Source: a virus (lineage: Duplodnaviria > Caudoviricetes). Taken from it: a stretch of DNA of 34,270 nt. This document shows, one piece after another, positions 1 to 9,036 of the stretch. The translations under genes and the position numbers were made by a program. Numbering within the stretch: the stretch's first letter is position 1; the number at the start of each line of letters is the position of its first letter. The DNA is taken from positions 1 through 34,270 of the IMG/VR virus record IMGVR_UViG_3300027804_000136; one strand, 5' to 3'. The notes below the pieces were generated by a model that searched no databases, had not been told where the DNA came from, and saw only the letters and a list, made by a program, of their open reading frames with translations.

Positions 1-191
1 ACAACCTTCTCTTTAGTTTTAAAGACAGTTAGTGTATCTCTAATAGTATCTGACTTATGAATAGTCAAAGTGTCTGAGATTGGCTTAAAATCATTTTTAG
101 AGCCATTTACACAATCCTTAAGTAATAATATAACTATTATAACTAAAATTAATGTTATTATTGACTTTGAGTATTTTGACTTTTTTTCCAT
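1..191 (-). CDS. Partial membrane-anchored protein of the lysis cassette (spanin-like); runs off the window edge
   Basis: Manual translation from ATG at 191: MEKKSKYSKSIITLILVIIVIILLKDCVNGSK...; N-terminal hydrophobic helix followed by Cys; lies downstream of the holin/endolysin genes. Confidence 0.5.
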   Translation of the reverse strand, partial: MEKKSKYSKSIITLILVIIVILLLKDCVNGSKNDFKPISDTLTIHKSDTIRDTLTVFKTKEKV

Positions 192-275
192 TTAAATAGT
201 TTAAAACTAAGGTAGGGTACAACGTGTACCCCACACTAGCTGGTGATATATAAGAAATCCCTGTTAAGGGAAGAA

Positions 276-548
276 TTACTCAGTCTCTAATTCAATCTCT
301 TTAGGAAGAATTGCTGAAATCTTGTAAATGTTATTCTTAATAATGTTCAAATTTTTAACATAATACTCATCTTTTACTAAAAACTGATTATCTAACTTTG
401 TTATTTTTGCTTCTAAATTGTCTTGACGTAATTCCATAAGGGATTGTCTAGTGTCTATTTTAGTTAAAGCAAATATGTATGAAGATATAACAGCTATTAT
501 ATAAATAACTTCTTTTGTGTTAAATGTTAAATCAAAAAATTTAGGCAT
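276..548 (-). CDS. Small membrane protein with coiled coil (holin/lysis accessory candidate)
   Basis: One N-terminal TM segment (VIYIIAVISSYIFAL) followed by a heptad-like region; lysis cassette context. Confidence 0.45.
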   Translation of the reverse strand: MPKFFDLTFNTKEVIYIIAVISSYIFALTKIDTRQSLMELRQDNLEAKITKLDNQFLVKDEYYVKNLNIIKNNIYKISAILPKEIELETE

Positions 549-559
549 AATTAATGTTT

Positions 560-682
560 TTATCTACCTTGACCACGGTATTTTTTAGTTAATTTTTGTT
601 TTGGACTTAATGACTTTTGAGCTTTACCAACTCTTCTTTTACCAAAAACAACTTTGGCTGTTTCTGCGCTATTCTTTTTCAT
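560..682 (-). CDS. 40-aa basic peptide ending KKYRGQGR (not in ORF track)
   Basis: Manual translation MKKNSAETAKVVFGKRRVGKAQKSLSPKQKLTKKYRGQGR*; fills the gap between adjacent genes; the C-terminal YRGQG motif recurs in small phage proteins. Confidence 0.65.
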   Translation of the reverse strand: MKKNSAETAKVVFGKRRVGKAQKSLSPKQKLTKKYRGQGR

Positions 683-914
683 CAGTACTTTTGCTTTTTA
701 AACTAAATTTATCAATAGTAGTTAGACCTAAACAACCAAATGCTAATGCTGTAACACACTCAACTAAAACGTCAGATGGTTTTATATGCTCTGGAGTAAA
801 TTGATTAGCAAAAAGAGTAGCACAAAGCATAATAGTGCAAATAAGACCACATACTCTTTTGCTGGATACTGATCCTGTTTCATCTTGTAATATTTGTTTT
901 ATAAAATTTTTCAT
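669..914 (-). CDS. Putative holin (2 TM)
   Basis: Two hydrophobic segments, N-terminal SSKR motif, charged C-terminal tail; adjacent to cell-wall enzymes. Confidence 0.6.
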   Translation of the reverse strand: MKNFIKQILQDETGSVSSKRVCGLICTIMLCATLFANQFTPEHIKPSDVLVECVTALAFGCLGLTTIDKFSLKSKSTDEKE

Positions 915-931
915 TGTAATTATTTTTAAAA

Positions 932-1180
932 TTATTCATTTTTTTTACCTCTACTTTTAGTGATTTTACTTTGTAACTTTTCAATTAACATTTCAATCCT
1001 TTGTTCTAAGACTTCTATTCTTTTCTTCAGTTCATTAATCTGATCTTCATAAATAGATATAACCTTGTTATTCCCAGATGCTTTTAATTCATTTCTACTC
1101 TTAAAGTATTCCCAAACATCTTTGCCTTTTAGTACACCTATTAAGGCTACTACTATGCCAATAATAGAAATTTGGTCCAT
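932..1180 (-). CDS. TM plus coiled-coil protein (holin/antiholin-like)
   Basis: N-terminal TM (ISIIGIVVALIGVL), C-terminal coiled coil and basic tail. Confidence 0.45.
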   Translation of the reverse strand: MDQISIIGIVVALIGVLKGKDVWEYFKSRNELKASGNNKVISIYEDQINELKKRIEVLEQRIEMLIEKLQSKITKSRGKKNE

Positions 1181-1729
1181 TTAGAATTCTTTTAATAGTG
1201 TGTAAGTAAATGCTGGCTTCTTTGATTTTTTGGCAGCTGCTAAAACTTTACTAAAGTCAATAGGATTATTTAATACTTGACAACCAGCGCTCCATTTGTC
1301 TACTATACTTGATATGCTTTTTTCACTAGCTCTATGTATATTTATTCCAAACAACCCTGTATCAGTTACTAAACTTTCTTCTGCTTTATCATTAAAGTTT
1401 TTATCTCTATAAACAGTTACTGGTTTTACTTGACAAAATGCTTCATACTTACCTTGGTGCATTCCTATCTTCCAAGTATTAAGATATTGAGCTGGCTTTA
1501 ATAAAGCTGTTCCTTTTGAGTTTAACAAGTTTTTTAACCAATGAGTACCTGCATTTGTAGTACAAGTAAACCATTCTATTGTGTCTTTATCTATGATTCC
1601 AAATAAATCATCAAATTGATTAGGTAAATTAGCAGTTGAACGGATACCAACAAAATTAATGTCAGTAAACCAAGTGTGTTTATTTAATAAAAATTGAGAT
1701 TTTAATTCTTCTATTGTATATTTTTTCAT
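1181..1729 (-). CDS. Putative peptidoglycan enzyme with an L,D-transpeptidase (YkuD)-like His/Cys motif
   Basis: GINIH-x13-SAGC resembles the YkuD catalytic H...S-x-G-C signature; sits between the amidase and the holins. Confidence 0.5.
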   Translation of the reverse strand: MKKYTIEELKSQFLLNKHTWFTDINFVGIRSTANLPNQFDDLFGIIDKDTIEWFTCTTNAGTHWLKNLLNSKGTALLKPAQYLNTWKIGMHQGKYEAFCQVKPVTVYRDKNFNDKAEESLVTDTGLFGINIHRASEKSISSIVDKWSAGCQVLNNPIDFSKVLAAAKKSKKPAFTYTLLKEF

Positions 1730-1748
1730 TATTTATGTTTTAAAATAT

Positions 1749-2405
1749 TTATAAACTTAATAACATTTCTACTAATTCTTTTTGAGGGAACATGTCTATC
1801 TTATCTTTTCTAACATTAGTGTGTGTCCATAATCCTTTATGAGAAGCACAATATGCTAAGTCAAAAAAATCAAAAGCAGCATGAGCACCTTTTGTTTTAA
1901 TTAATTCAACAAGTCCTTTAGTAACATCTATTGAATCACGCTTTGCAATAAACAAAATCCATTCTTTTAAAACTTTAATTTGTTTATCACTATACTTATG
2001 AAAAAACTGATGACCTCTAAATGGCTTATCTAATTTAACTATTTGATCTGCAGGTACAGGTACCTTTACATAGTTTAATCCATTAACAACTTGTCCAAAA
2101 TTACACACTTCAATTCCAACAGAATTCTTGTGCATTGAATTATTACCAGTTCCTAAATGCCATGCATAACCACCAGTAGGAAATGCTTGAACCATAACAC
2201 CATCCCAAACATGTTCTTTGTTTTTAATACTAGGTCCACCTAAAACAAACTCAGTTGCTATTTGACCTTGAGTATCTCTATTCCATATATCAATAGTTTG
2301 AATAGGATTATCCCATCCAGCAGTATGATGTAAAAAAACCCATTCTTTTTTAGTTGGGCCAGCAAAATATTGCTTTGGTGATAAAAAATGTTCTTTGATT
2401 TCCAT
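1749..2405 (-). CDS. Endolysin, N-acetylmuramoyl-L-alanine amidase (Amidase_2 type)
   Basis: VFLHHTAG, AWHLG, SVGIEVCN and THTNVRKDKID Zn-amidase motifs. Confidence 0.85.
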   Translation of the reverse strand: MEIKEHFLSPKQYFAGPTKKEWVFLHHTAGWDNPIQTIDIWNRDTQGQIATEFVLGGPSIKNKEHVWDGVMVQAFPTGGYAWHLGTGNNSMHKNSVGIEVCNFGQVVNGLNYVKVPVPADQIVKLDKPFRGHQFFHKYSDKQIKVLKEWILFIAKRDSIDVTKGLVELIKTKGAHAAFDFFDLAYCASHKGLWTHTNVRKDKIDMFPQKELVEMLLSL

Positions 2406-2558
2406 AGTAAATGTTTTAAAATTTTAACACTAATAGTGTAGATAAATTTTAAATTAAAGCATAATAGTTTGTCTTTTTTCTTGTTATTATTATTTTAACT
2501 TTGGCTAATGCCTGACAATACCTAATATGCTTTAATTATTATAATTCTTAATTTAAAA

Positions 2559-2741
2559 CTAAACCTCTTCTGTAGCAGTTAGTTCACTAGGAACTTCTTC
2601 TTCATCTACAGGAGCTGATTTGATTGCAGCTTCAAATAATAACTTTAATCCATCGACTAATGTATTACGTTGAGCTGTTGTTAATGGAGAATTGTGTATC
2701 AATATCTCCAAGTTTTGAGTTGCTTCTTTTACTTTTTTCAT
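2559..2741 (-). CDS. Hypothetical protein
   Basis: 60-aa ORF with an A-rich leader and an upstream TATATTTG motif. Confidence 0.55.
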   Translation of the reverse strand: MKKVKEATQNLEILIHNSPLTTAQRNTLVDGLKLLFEAAIKSAPVDEEEVPSELTATEEV

Positions 2742-2764
2742 GTTATTTTGTTTTAAAATTTATG

Positions 2765-2772
2765 CAAATATA
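2765..2772 (-). promoter_or_regulatory. Bacteroidota-type -7 promoter element (TATATTTG) ahead of the lysis cassette
   Basis: Exact TAnnTTTG match in an intergenic gap, about 24 nt upstream of the 2741 start. Confidence 0.5.
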
Positions 2773-2784
2773 TGGATTTTTTTG

Positions 2785-3708
2785 TTATGGACTATAATAT
2801 GCTATAACAATTATTCCACTACCTCCGTTACCTCCAGTTCCAGCACCATTTCTTTCTGCTCCTCCTCCACCCCCTCCAGTGTTTACAGTTCCAGAAACTC
2901 CATCTCCCCCTAATCCTCCATCTCCACCTCCACCAATTCCTCCAGTACCTGCTGTGCCAGAAGTAGTATAAACTGAACCACCTCCTCCACCACTATAATA
3001 ATTACTATCTATTGCTGATAATACTCCACTACCACCATTTCCTCCATTTGTTCCTGTGCCAGTTCCTCCAGATGATGAAAATCCTCCTCCTCCACCTGCT
3101 CCATAATATGGACCTGAACCTGAACCATTGCCTCCAGAGTTACCTTGTCCTGCTGTTCCCGATTCACCTAATTCATTTGCTGCTGGACCTACTGTTACAC
3201 CACAACCTCCTCCTCCTGATCCCCCAGTAAGTGCTAAAGAACCATGACTTGCTCCTCCACCTCCACCTACTGAAACATTAGAATCAAATGATGAGTTTGC
3301 TCCATTTGTACCAGAAACTAAATAATTATTACTTCCTACTCCTCCTGAACCAATTACTACAGCATATGTTGTTGCACCACTAGATAAAGAATAACTTGTG
3401 TTTTCTATTAATCCTCCTGCGCCTCCGCCTCCTCCTACATATTGTCCTCCTCCTCCTCCACCTGCACCAACAACTAATATTTTTATTACATTGTTTGGTG
3501 CTGATGATGCTAATTGAGTTACAACAAAACTACCAGTAGAAGTAAATGTTCTTATCTTATAATTTCCAACTTGAGTTAATGTACCTCCAGTTGCAACAAT
3601 ATAAGAAGCTCCTGCTGGTAAACTAACTCCTCCAAATTTTGAAATTAAAGACAATGATGTGCCATTTAATTTAGAAATACTTGTTGTATCTACTCCGTTA
3701 ATTTTCAT
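2785..3708 (-). CDS. Glycine-rich virion/fibre protein
   Basis: ATGG..TF.S..FVV..LVVGAGGGGG...GGNGGSGIIVIAY glycine-rich domain; paralogous to the N-terminal half of 6697-8400. Confidence 0.7.
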   Translation of the reverse strand: MKINGVDTTSISKLNGTSLSLISKFGGVSLPAGASYIVATGGTLTQVGNYKIRTFTSTGSFVVTQLASSAPNNVIKILVVGAGGGGGGQYVGGGGGAGGLIENTSYSLSSGATTYAVVIGSGGVGSNNYLVSGTNGANSSFDSNVSVGGGGGASHGSLALTGGSGGGGCGVTVGPAANELGESGTAGQGNSGGNGSGSGPYYGAGGGGGFSSSGGTGTGTNGGNGGSGVLSAIDSNYYSGGGGGSVYTTSGTAGTGGIGGGGDGGLGGDGVSGTVNTGGGGGGAERNGAGTGGNGGSGIIVIAYYSP

Positions 3709-3711
3709 AAC

Positions 3712-6081
3712 TTATGTTAATTCTATCCAAGTTTTATCTGGATTAAAATGTAAAATACATTTTGCATTTGTTTGTAATGCTGTTGTCCAAAAAGTATTTC
3801 CTATTATTCTAACTATATTACCTGATGATGCTGGTGCTGATTTACTCATACTACCAGCAGTTGTTGTCATATATTGAGGCTCACCTACTTTAAAATCAGC
3901 AACATATGTACTTTCAACAAACCCATTAATTAAAATAGAAGTTGGTTGAGATGGTCCTGTTGTTGTTTTAAGACAAATACCTAACATGTAATATGCTGCT
4001 GCAGCAAATGAAGTTGCGTCTGCTAAACCCCATTGACCTACATTTGTTCTATAACACAATTGACCAAATGTTATTGTTGTAGAAGAAGTTTCAGAATATA
4101 AAACATTTCCTTGATAACAACCAGTAGTCCAAGTGCTTAAATCTCCTAATATACTTGTTACACCATCTTTAATTGCTCCTTCTAAAGGAGTAGTATTGTA
4201 ACCAGAAATTGTAGACCCATTTACAGTTATTGAATTAGTAAATGTTGGTGATGTACCAAAAACTAAACTTCCACTTCCAGTTTCATCAGTCATTGCAGAA
4301 GCTAAATTAGCTGAAGATGGAGTTGCTGCCCAAGTACCTACTGCTGCTGTTGAGAAACTTATTGTTCCTGAGCCTGTTATAGTACCACCAGTTAATCCTG
4401 TTCCTGTTGCTACACTAGTTACAGTTCCAACATTAGTTGTATACCCATTAGGATTTGTAGCATTATATGGTGTATATCCTAAAGCTGTAGTTACATTTAA
4501 AGATGTTAAACTTAATGTTCCACCTAAAGTTAATGAACCACTATTAGTAACAGTTCCTGTTAAAGTAAGACCACTTATAGTTCCAGTCCCAGAAACTGAT
4601 GTAACAGTTCCTGTATTATTTGTATAACCAGATGGATTAGTTGCATTATATGGTGTATACCCAAGCGCTCCTGCTATTGTATTATTTTGATATCTATCAT
4701 TTGCAGTATTCCAAAATATTCCATCGTTATTTAATGGAGTTGGCGCATATACATCATGTAATTCTGATAACTCATAACCATTATCTACTTTAACAAATAT
4801 AGTTCCTTGTGTTATATGAGCATGAACAACATAACCAATAATAACTAAATGATTTGGTGCACTTGGTTTTACTTTTGTTATTCTACCAGCAACTGCTGGT
4901 GACAAATATAAAATGTCTCCATCTGCCCAAGCTTCACTTTGTAAACTTCCAGTTGTATTAATACCTCTAACTAATCCACTTGTGGTTACAAATCCTTCTT
5001 GATTATTTGCTATTGTTTCAGTAACTAAACCTATTGTTTCAGCACTTAATCCATCTGTTGTAGATAATGCTAAATCAACTTTTAATCTTTGACCTTGTAC
5101 TCCTGTTAATCTAACTGCTTGATAATTTGATTCTAATAATGTTATATTAGTAGCTGTTTTATTAACAACTCTTACAAGTTGTTCTTGACCAATTTGTAAA
5201 GTAACATTTCCACCTTTTAATCCTAAATCAACTGTTCCATCAGTATCATTCCATCTCATTACACCTACTCCAGCAGTTCCAGTTGGTGTTTGGTCAAAAG
5301 TAATTTGCCCTGAAATAAGACCAAATTCACCTAAATTAACATTTGCTACTGCTCCAGTATAAGGAACATATCCAGTTAATGAAGGAAATGTTGATAAAGT
5401 ACCATCACCTCTAATGTATTCTAAAGTAGTTCCAGCACCTGTTATTGCAATAGTACCTGAACCTGTTATAGGACTATTAGTAACTGTAAAAGCAGTTGGC
5501 ATTGATACCCCTACACTTGTTACACTACCAGTTGTTATATTTCCACTACCTAATAAAGTAGTTGAATTAATAGTCTTAATATTAGTACCTGAAACTAATG
5601 TATCTTGTTTACTAGCAGCTAAACCACTATATTGTGAGTTAGTTGCATTATCTCCAGTATTAGTACCACTTGTGTTACCAATAATAGTTTGTTGTGCATC
5701 AGTTACATAACGCTTATTTAAGCTATCTGCTATATCAGCAGTAGTTGCATCTGCACCTGAAGTTACTAGACCTTTTGAGTCATAAGTAATCTTAGTTTTA
5801 GTTGCTCCTGTAATTGATGCATTGCCAGTTACTTTAGCTAGTAATGCAGTATTTAAGTCTGTTTGACTTGTTAATGTTCCAGTAATTGAACCCCATGAGG
5901 TAGTTCCACCACCAGAATACACTGGTATATTTAAAGAGTTACCAATAAGAGTTGATGCACCACTTGTTCCTGATGTTGTTAATGTTATTGAACCTTGTGA
6001 ACTACCTAATCTTTTTTGTAAATCTGTAAGTATACTTCTGTGAAGTTGTAATATGTCAGTTATACTTGTATTAAAATTCAT
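3712..6081 (-). CDS. Long mosaic tail/head fibre protein
   Basis: Thr/Gly/Ser-rich, repeated GTVTSV units, two ALGYTPYNATNP.GYT repeats, capsid-cement-like beta domains. Confidence 0.75.
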   Translation of the reverse strand: MNFNTSITDILQLHRSILTDLQKRLGSSQGSITLTTSGTSGASTLIGNSLNIPVYSGGGTTSWGSITGTLTSQTDLNTALLAKVTGNASITGATKTKITYDSKGLVTSGADATTADIADSLNKRYVTDAQQTIIGNTSGTNTGDNATNSQYSGLAASKQDTLVSGTNIKTINSTTLLGSGNITTGSVTSVGVSMPTAFTVTNSPITGSGTIAITGAGTTLEYIRGDGTLSTFPSLTGYVPYTGAVANVNLGEFGLISGQITFDQTPTGTAGVGVMRWNDTDGTVDLGLKGGNVTLQIGQEQLVRVVNKTATNITLLESNYQAVRLTGVQGQRLKVDLALSTTDGLSAETIGLVTETIANNQEGFVTTSGLVRGINTTGSLQSEAWADGDILYLSPAVAGRITKVKPSAPNHLVIIGYVVHAHITQGTIFVKVDNGYELSELHDVYAPTPLNNDGIFWNTANDRYQNNTIAGALGYTPYNATNPSGYTNNTGTVTSVSGTGTISGLTLTGTVTNSGSLTLGGTLSLTSLNVTTALGYTPYNATNPNGYTTNVGTVTSVATGTGLTGGTITGSGTISFSTAAVGTWAATPSSANLASAMTDETGSGSLVFGTSPTFTNSITVNGSTISGYNTTPLEGAIKDGVTSILGDLSTWTTGCYQGNVLYSETSSTTITFGQLCYRTNVGQWGLADATSFAAAAYYMLGICLKTTTGPSQPTSILINGFVESTYVADFKVGEPQYMTTTAGSMSKSAPASSGNIVRIIGNTFWTTALQTNAKCILHFNPDKTWIELT
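4411..4672 (-). repeat. Intragenic duplicated fibre repeat (ALGYTPYNATNPxGYTxNxGTVTSV x2)
   Basis: Two near-identical peptide copies with synonymous DNA divergence. Confidence 0.7.
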
Positions 6082-6083
6082 TA

Positions 6084-6458
6084 TTAGTTTAAGGCTCCTG
6101 TAATAATTTCTTCCCAGTCACCATCTTTCCAAATATAATGATTACCATCATTTGGATAAGGTATTGGTGCTGTCCATTTAAAATCTACTAAAATCCAATC
6201 TTCGTATGGCTTAGGCGAAATAAAAACATCATTTACACTATCATAAGTAAATCCTATTCCAGCATAAGTATTTCTAAAGTTAGAATTATAAGATGTTTGT
6301 CTTATAGTATCATAATCATAAATACTTTTAATATTTAAAGAATCTATAAAGTCAATACCTAATTGTTCAACTTCAACTCCATTAGAGAGTAATTTTTCAT
6401 TATCAATAACTATTACAGCTATCACAATGCTTTCTTTTATAAGTGCAAAATTTGCCAT
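6084..6458 (-). CDS. Conserved partner of Gly-rich fibre proteins (putative fibre assembly protein)
   Basis: QTSYN..FR..YAGIGFTYD...D.FI.PKPY..W.....W.AP.PYP motif commonly found beside Gly-rich phage genes. Confidence 0.6.
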   Translation of the reverse strand: MANFALIKESIVIAVIVIDNEKLLSNGVEVEQLGIDFIDSLNIKSIYDYDTIRQTSYNSNFRNTYAGIGFTYDSVNDVFISPKPYEDWILVDFKWTAPIPYPNDGNHYIWKDGDWEEIITGALN

Positions 6459-6460
6459 GC

Positions 6461-6709
6461 TTAAATTGAAGTTTCTTTAGTATTTATTTGTGTTTTATCA
6501 ATTATTTCTAATTGAATCCAATCAACTTTTTTAATATTTTCGTTATCTTTTAATTGTTCAACTAAATCAACGCTAACTAAATAAGTTCCATCAACTTGTT
6601 CAGAACAAAATGGATTAAATTCATAACCTACTTCATACTCAAAACTGCTAACCTTGTTAGCATCTAATTTTGATATTTTATAAAATGTATTCATAATTAA
6701 ACTGCCCAC
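6461..6709 (-). CDS. Hypothetical protein
   Basis: ORF tightly packed in the operon; true start may be the second Met (about 6694). Confidence 0.55.
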   Translation of the reverse strand: MGSLIMNTFYKISKLDANKVSSFEYEVGYEFNPFCSEQVDGTYLVSVDLVEQLKDNENIKKVDWIQLEIIDKTQINTKETSI

Positions 6710-8400
6710 CCTATTGAAGTTCCTAATGTTTGAATTGCTGTATAAAAATTAGCTTGATTTATTATTCCACTACCTATAAAAGAAGCACTAATTTTTCTTG
6801 ATGAAAAATCAGAAGACCCTCCACCATAATTATTATGTCTTGCTAACATATAAAAACTAATATTAGGCAACCCTGAACTTGCTACAGTATAATTACTAAG
6901 CAAAGAACCAGCTCTATAAATATTATTTGTAGTTGAAGAAGTTCTAACCGCTGAAAATAAAGAAGTTGAAGATGCATTAGTAATAGATTGTGTTGCACCA
7001 GCATCATTTATACTTACATAAGCCAAACCGCCTTCTCTTAATCTTAATTGAGAAAAATTACCATCATATAATCCAATATCAATAGCCAATTCATTTGTAT
7101 TAGTTAAAGAATAAACTCCAAAACTACATGAATTTCTTGTGTATTTATTAGTTCCTATTGATGGGTTAAAATTAGATTCAAGATAAGAATTAACATCATT
7201 TCCTGTATAACCTTGACTTGCTGTAAACGTAGGAGAATTAACCGCTGTAATCATTGTACTTGTTGGGTTTACTAAACTTGTTCTTGCAGCAACTGAATCA
7301 CTTAATCCATGAATCCACAATCTATCAAACTCAGCAAAGTCAGTTCCTAAAGCACCAATAAAAGTATTGATATTAACTTTTTCACTTTCTGTTAAACTTC
7401 CACCATTAGCAGTTACTTGAGTAAAATATGCTTGTGCATTTACTGAATAAGGACCAGCTGGAGATTTATATTTTATTATTACTATTCCACTTCCACCATT
7501 ACCACCTTTTGCAAACCCACCATTATACCCACTTCCACCACCACCACCACCAGTATTAACAGTTCCAGGAAGTCCAGCAGAAGCATTATTAGTTCCATTG
7601 CCACCGCCTCCAGTACCGCCAACTCCAGCTGTTCCTGCGTAAGAACCACCGCCACCGCCACCAGCATAATATGTAGTTGTTCCTGTTATTGAATTTTGTA
7701 AACCAATACCTCCAGTTCCACTAATAGAACCAACACCATTAGCTCCAATAGCACCAGCTCCACCACCACCACCAGCAACTGAACCACTACTTGTTCCACC
7801 ACCATTTCTTCCTTGACCTACAATTCCAAGGCCTCCAACTGCAATTTGACCTGGATAAGAATTTCCACCGCCACTTCCACCATTTGCTCCAACTACTATT
7901 GCCGCATTATAAAAACCATCATTATCACTTCCACCGCCACCGCCACCCGTTGATACTATTGCATTAAATGATGAATTAACACCACTTGCTCCACGAGAAG
8001 TTCTTACTGTAGAACCACCACCGCCACTGCCTATTACTACTGGATAAGATTGAACTGATATTGATAATCCTGTTGCTGTTAATAACCCACCAGCTCCACC
8101 ACCAGCAGAAATTAAAATCCCACCTCCACCTCCACCAGCTACTACCAAATATTCTACAGTATTGTCAGTTCCTAAAGTAGAAACTACAAAGTTAGCACTT
8201 GAATTAAAGGTATGAACCTTATAATCACCAACTTGGGTAATAACTCCTCCTGTTGCAACTGTATAAATTGTTGAACCTAAAGGAGGTGCAAAAATATCAG
8301 ACGTTGTTTTAAAGCCAAATGGGTTGTTACTTCTTGTTTTTAAAAAAGAACTACTACCAAGTATTTGGCTTTTAACTGGACGTTTTATTAATTTACCCAT
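6697..8400 (-). CDS. Gly-rich domain plus C-terminal beta-sandwich (LamG/lectin-like) fibre or receptor-binding protein
   Basis: Gly-rich domain followed by a helical linker and a beta-rich domain. Confidence 0.65.
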   Translation of the reverse strand: MGKLIKRPVKSQILGSSSFLKTRSNNPFGFKTTSDIFAPPLGSTIYTVATGGVITQVGDYKVHTFNSSANFVVSTLGTDNTVEYLVVAGGGGGGILISAGGGAGGLLTATGLSISVQSYPVVIGSGGGGSTVRTSRGASGVNSSFNAIVSTGGGGGGSDNDGFYNAAIVVGANGGSGGGNSYPGQIAVGGLGIVGQGRNGGGTSSGSVAGGGGGAGAIGANGVGSISGTGGIGLQNSITGTTTYYAGGGGGGSYAGTAGVGGTGGGGNGTNNASAGLPGTVNTGGGGGGSGYNGGFAKGGNGGSGIVIIKYKSPAGPYSVNAQAYFTQVTANGGSLTESEKVNINTFIGALGTDFAEFDRLWIHGLSDSVAARTSLVNPTSTMITAVNSPTFTASQGYTGNDVNSYLESNFNPSIGTNKYTRNSCSFGVYSLTNTNELAIDIGLYDGNFSQLRLREGGLAYVSINDAGATQSITNASSTSLFSAVRTSSTTNNIYRAGSLLSNYTVASSGLPNISFYMLARHNNYGGGSSDFSSRKISASFIGSGIINQANFYTAIQTLGTSIGWAV

Positions 8401-8407
8401 TTTATTT

Positions 8408-8755
8408 TTATTTGTAATAAACTACATTCAAAACATGTGTTCCTGCTTGAGCTTGAGTTGCTCTAAAGTTTGTTAAATTTTGAGCTCCTTGAATATCAAA
8501 TGAGTCTCCAGTAGACCTAGGTAGGCCTGTAGTTGTTGTAGGCAAAGTTAAACCACCTAATTCTAAATATCTAACAGCAATACCTGTTGCAGTTGATTCA
8601 AGTACACATAGTGCATATTTAGCATCTGCTGGTACTGTGAAACTAGATACTGAACCAGTAATGGTTATTTGTTGATAACCAATTGCTACTAGATTACGTT
8701 TGCTTAAACTGACTAGTTCCGATAAATAACTTTTGCTTTGATCTGATCTTACCAT
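8408..8755 (-). CDS. Small beta-rich virion protein
   Basis: LGYQQIT-like start and beta-strand pattern; structural module context. Confidence 0.5.
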   Translation of the reverse strand: MVRSDQSKSYLSELVSLSKRNLVAIGYQQITITGSVSSFTVPADAKYALCVLESTATGIAVRYLELGGLTLPTTTTGLPRSTGDSFDIQGAQNLTNFRATQAQAGTHVLNVVYYK

Positions 8756-8773
8756 TTTTTTAAATTTTTAATA

Positions 8774-9034
8774 CTAACAGTCACATAATTTACATAACAC
8801 AGATGCATTATTATAAATTAAATCAAACTCATTAGCAGTCAAACAATTATTAGCATCAACTGTTAAATCATATTTAACTAATTGGTCTATATAATCATTT
8901 ATTAATAATATATTATCTATTTTTGTTTTACAAGATTTATCACCAGATACTAATAATGTAGCTACTTCTTCAGCCATATTACCAGAACAGCACATAAACT
9001 TATATATATTTGTTGTTAATTCTGTTTGAGTCAT
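8774..9034 (-). CDS. Small Cys-rich virion-associated protein
   Basis: CC, NCL and C-terminal CKLCDC motifs. Confidence 0.55.
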   Translation of the reverse strand: MTQTELTTNIYKFMCCSGNMAEEVATLLVSGDKSCKTKIDNILLINDYIDQLVKYDLTVDANNCLTANEFDLIYNNASVLCKLCDC

Positions 9035-9036
9035 TA

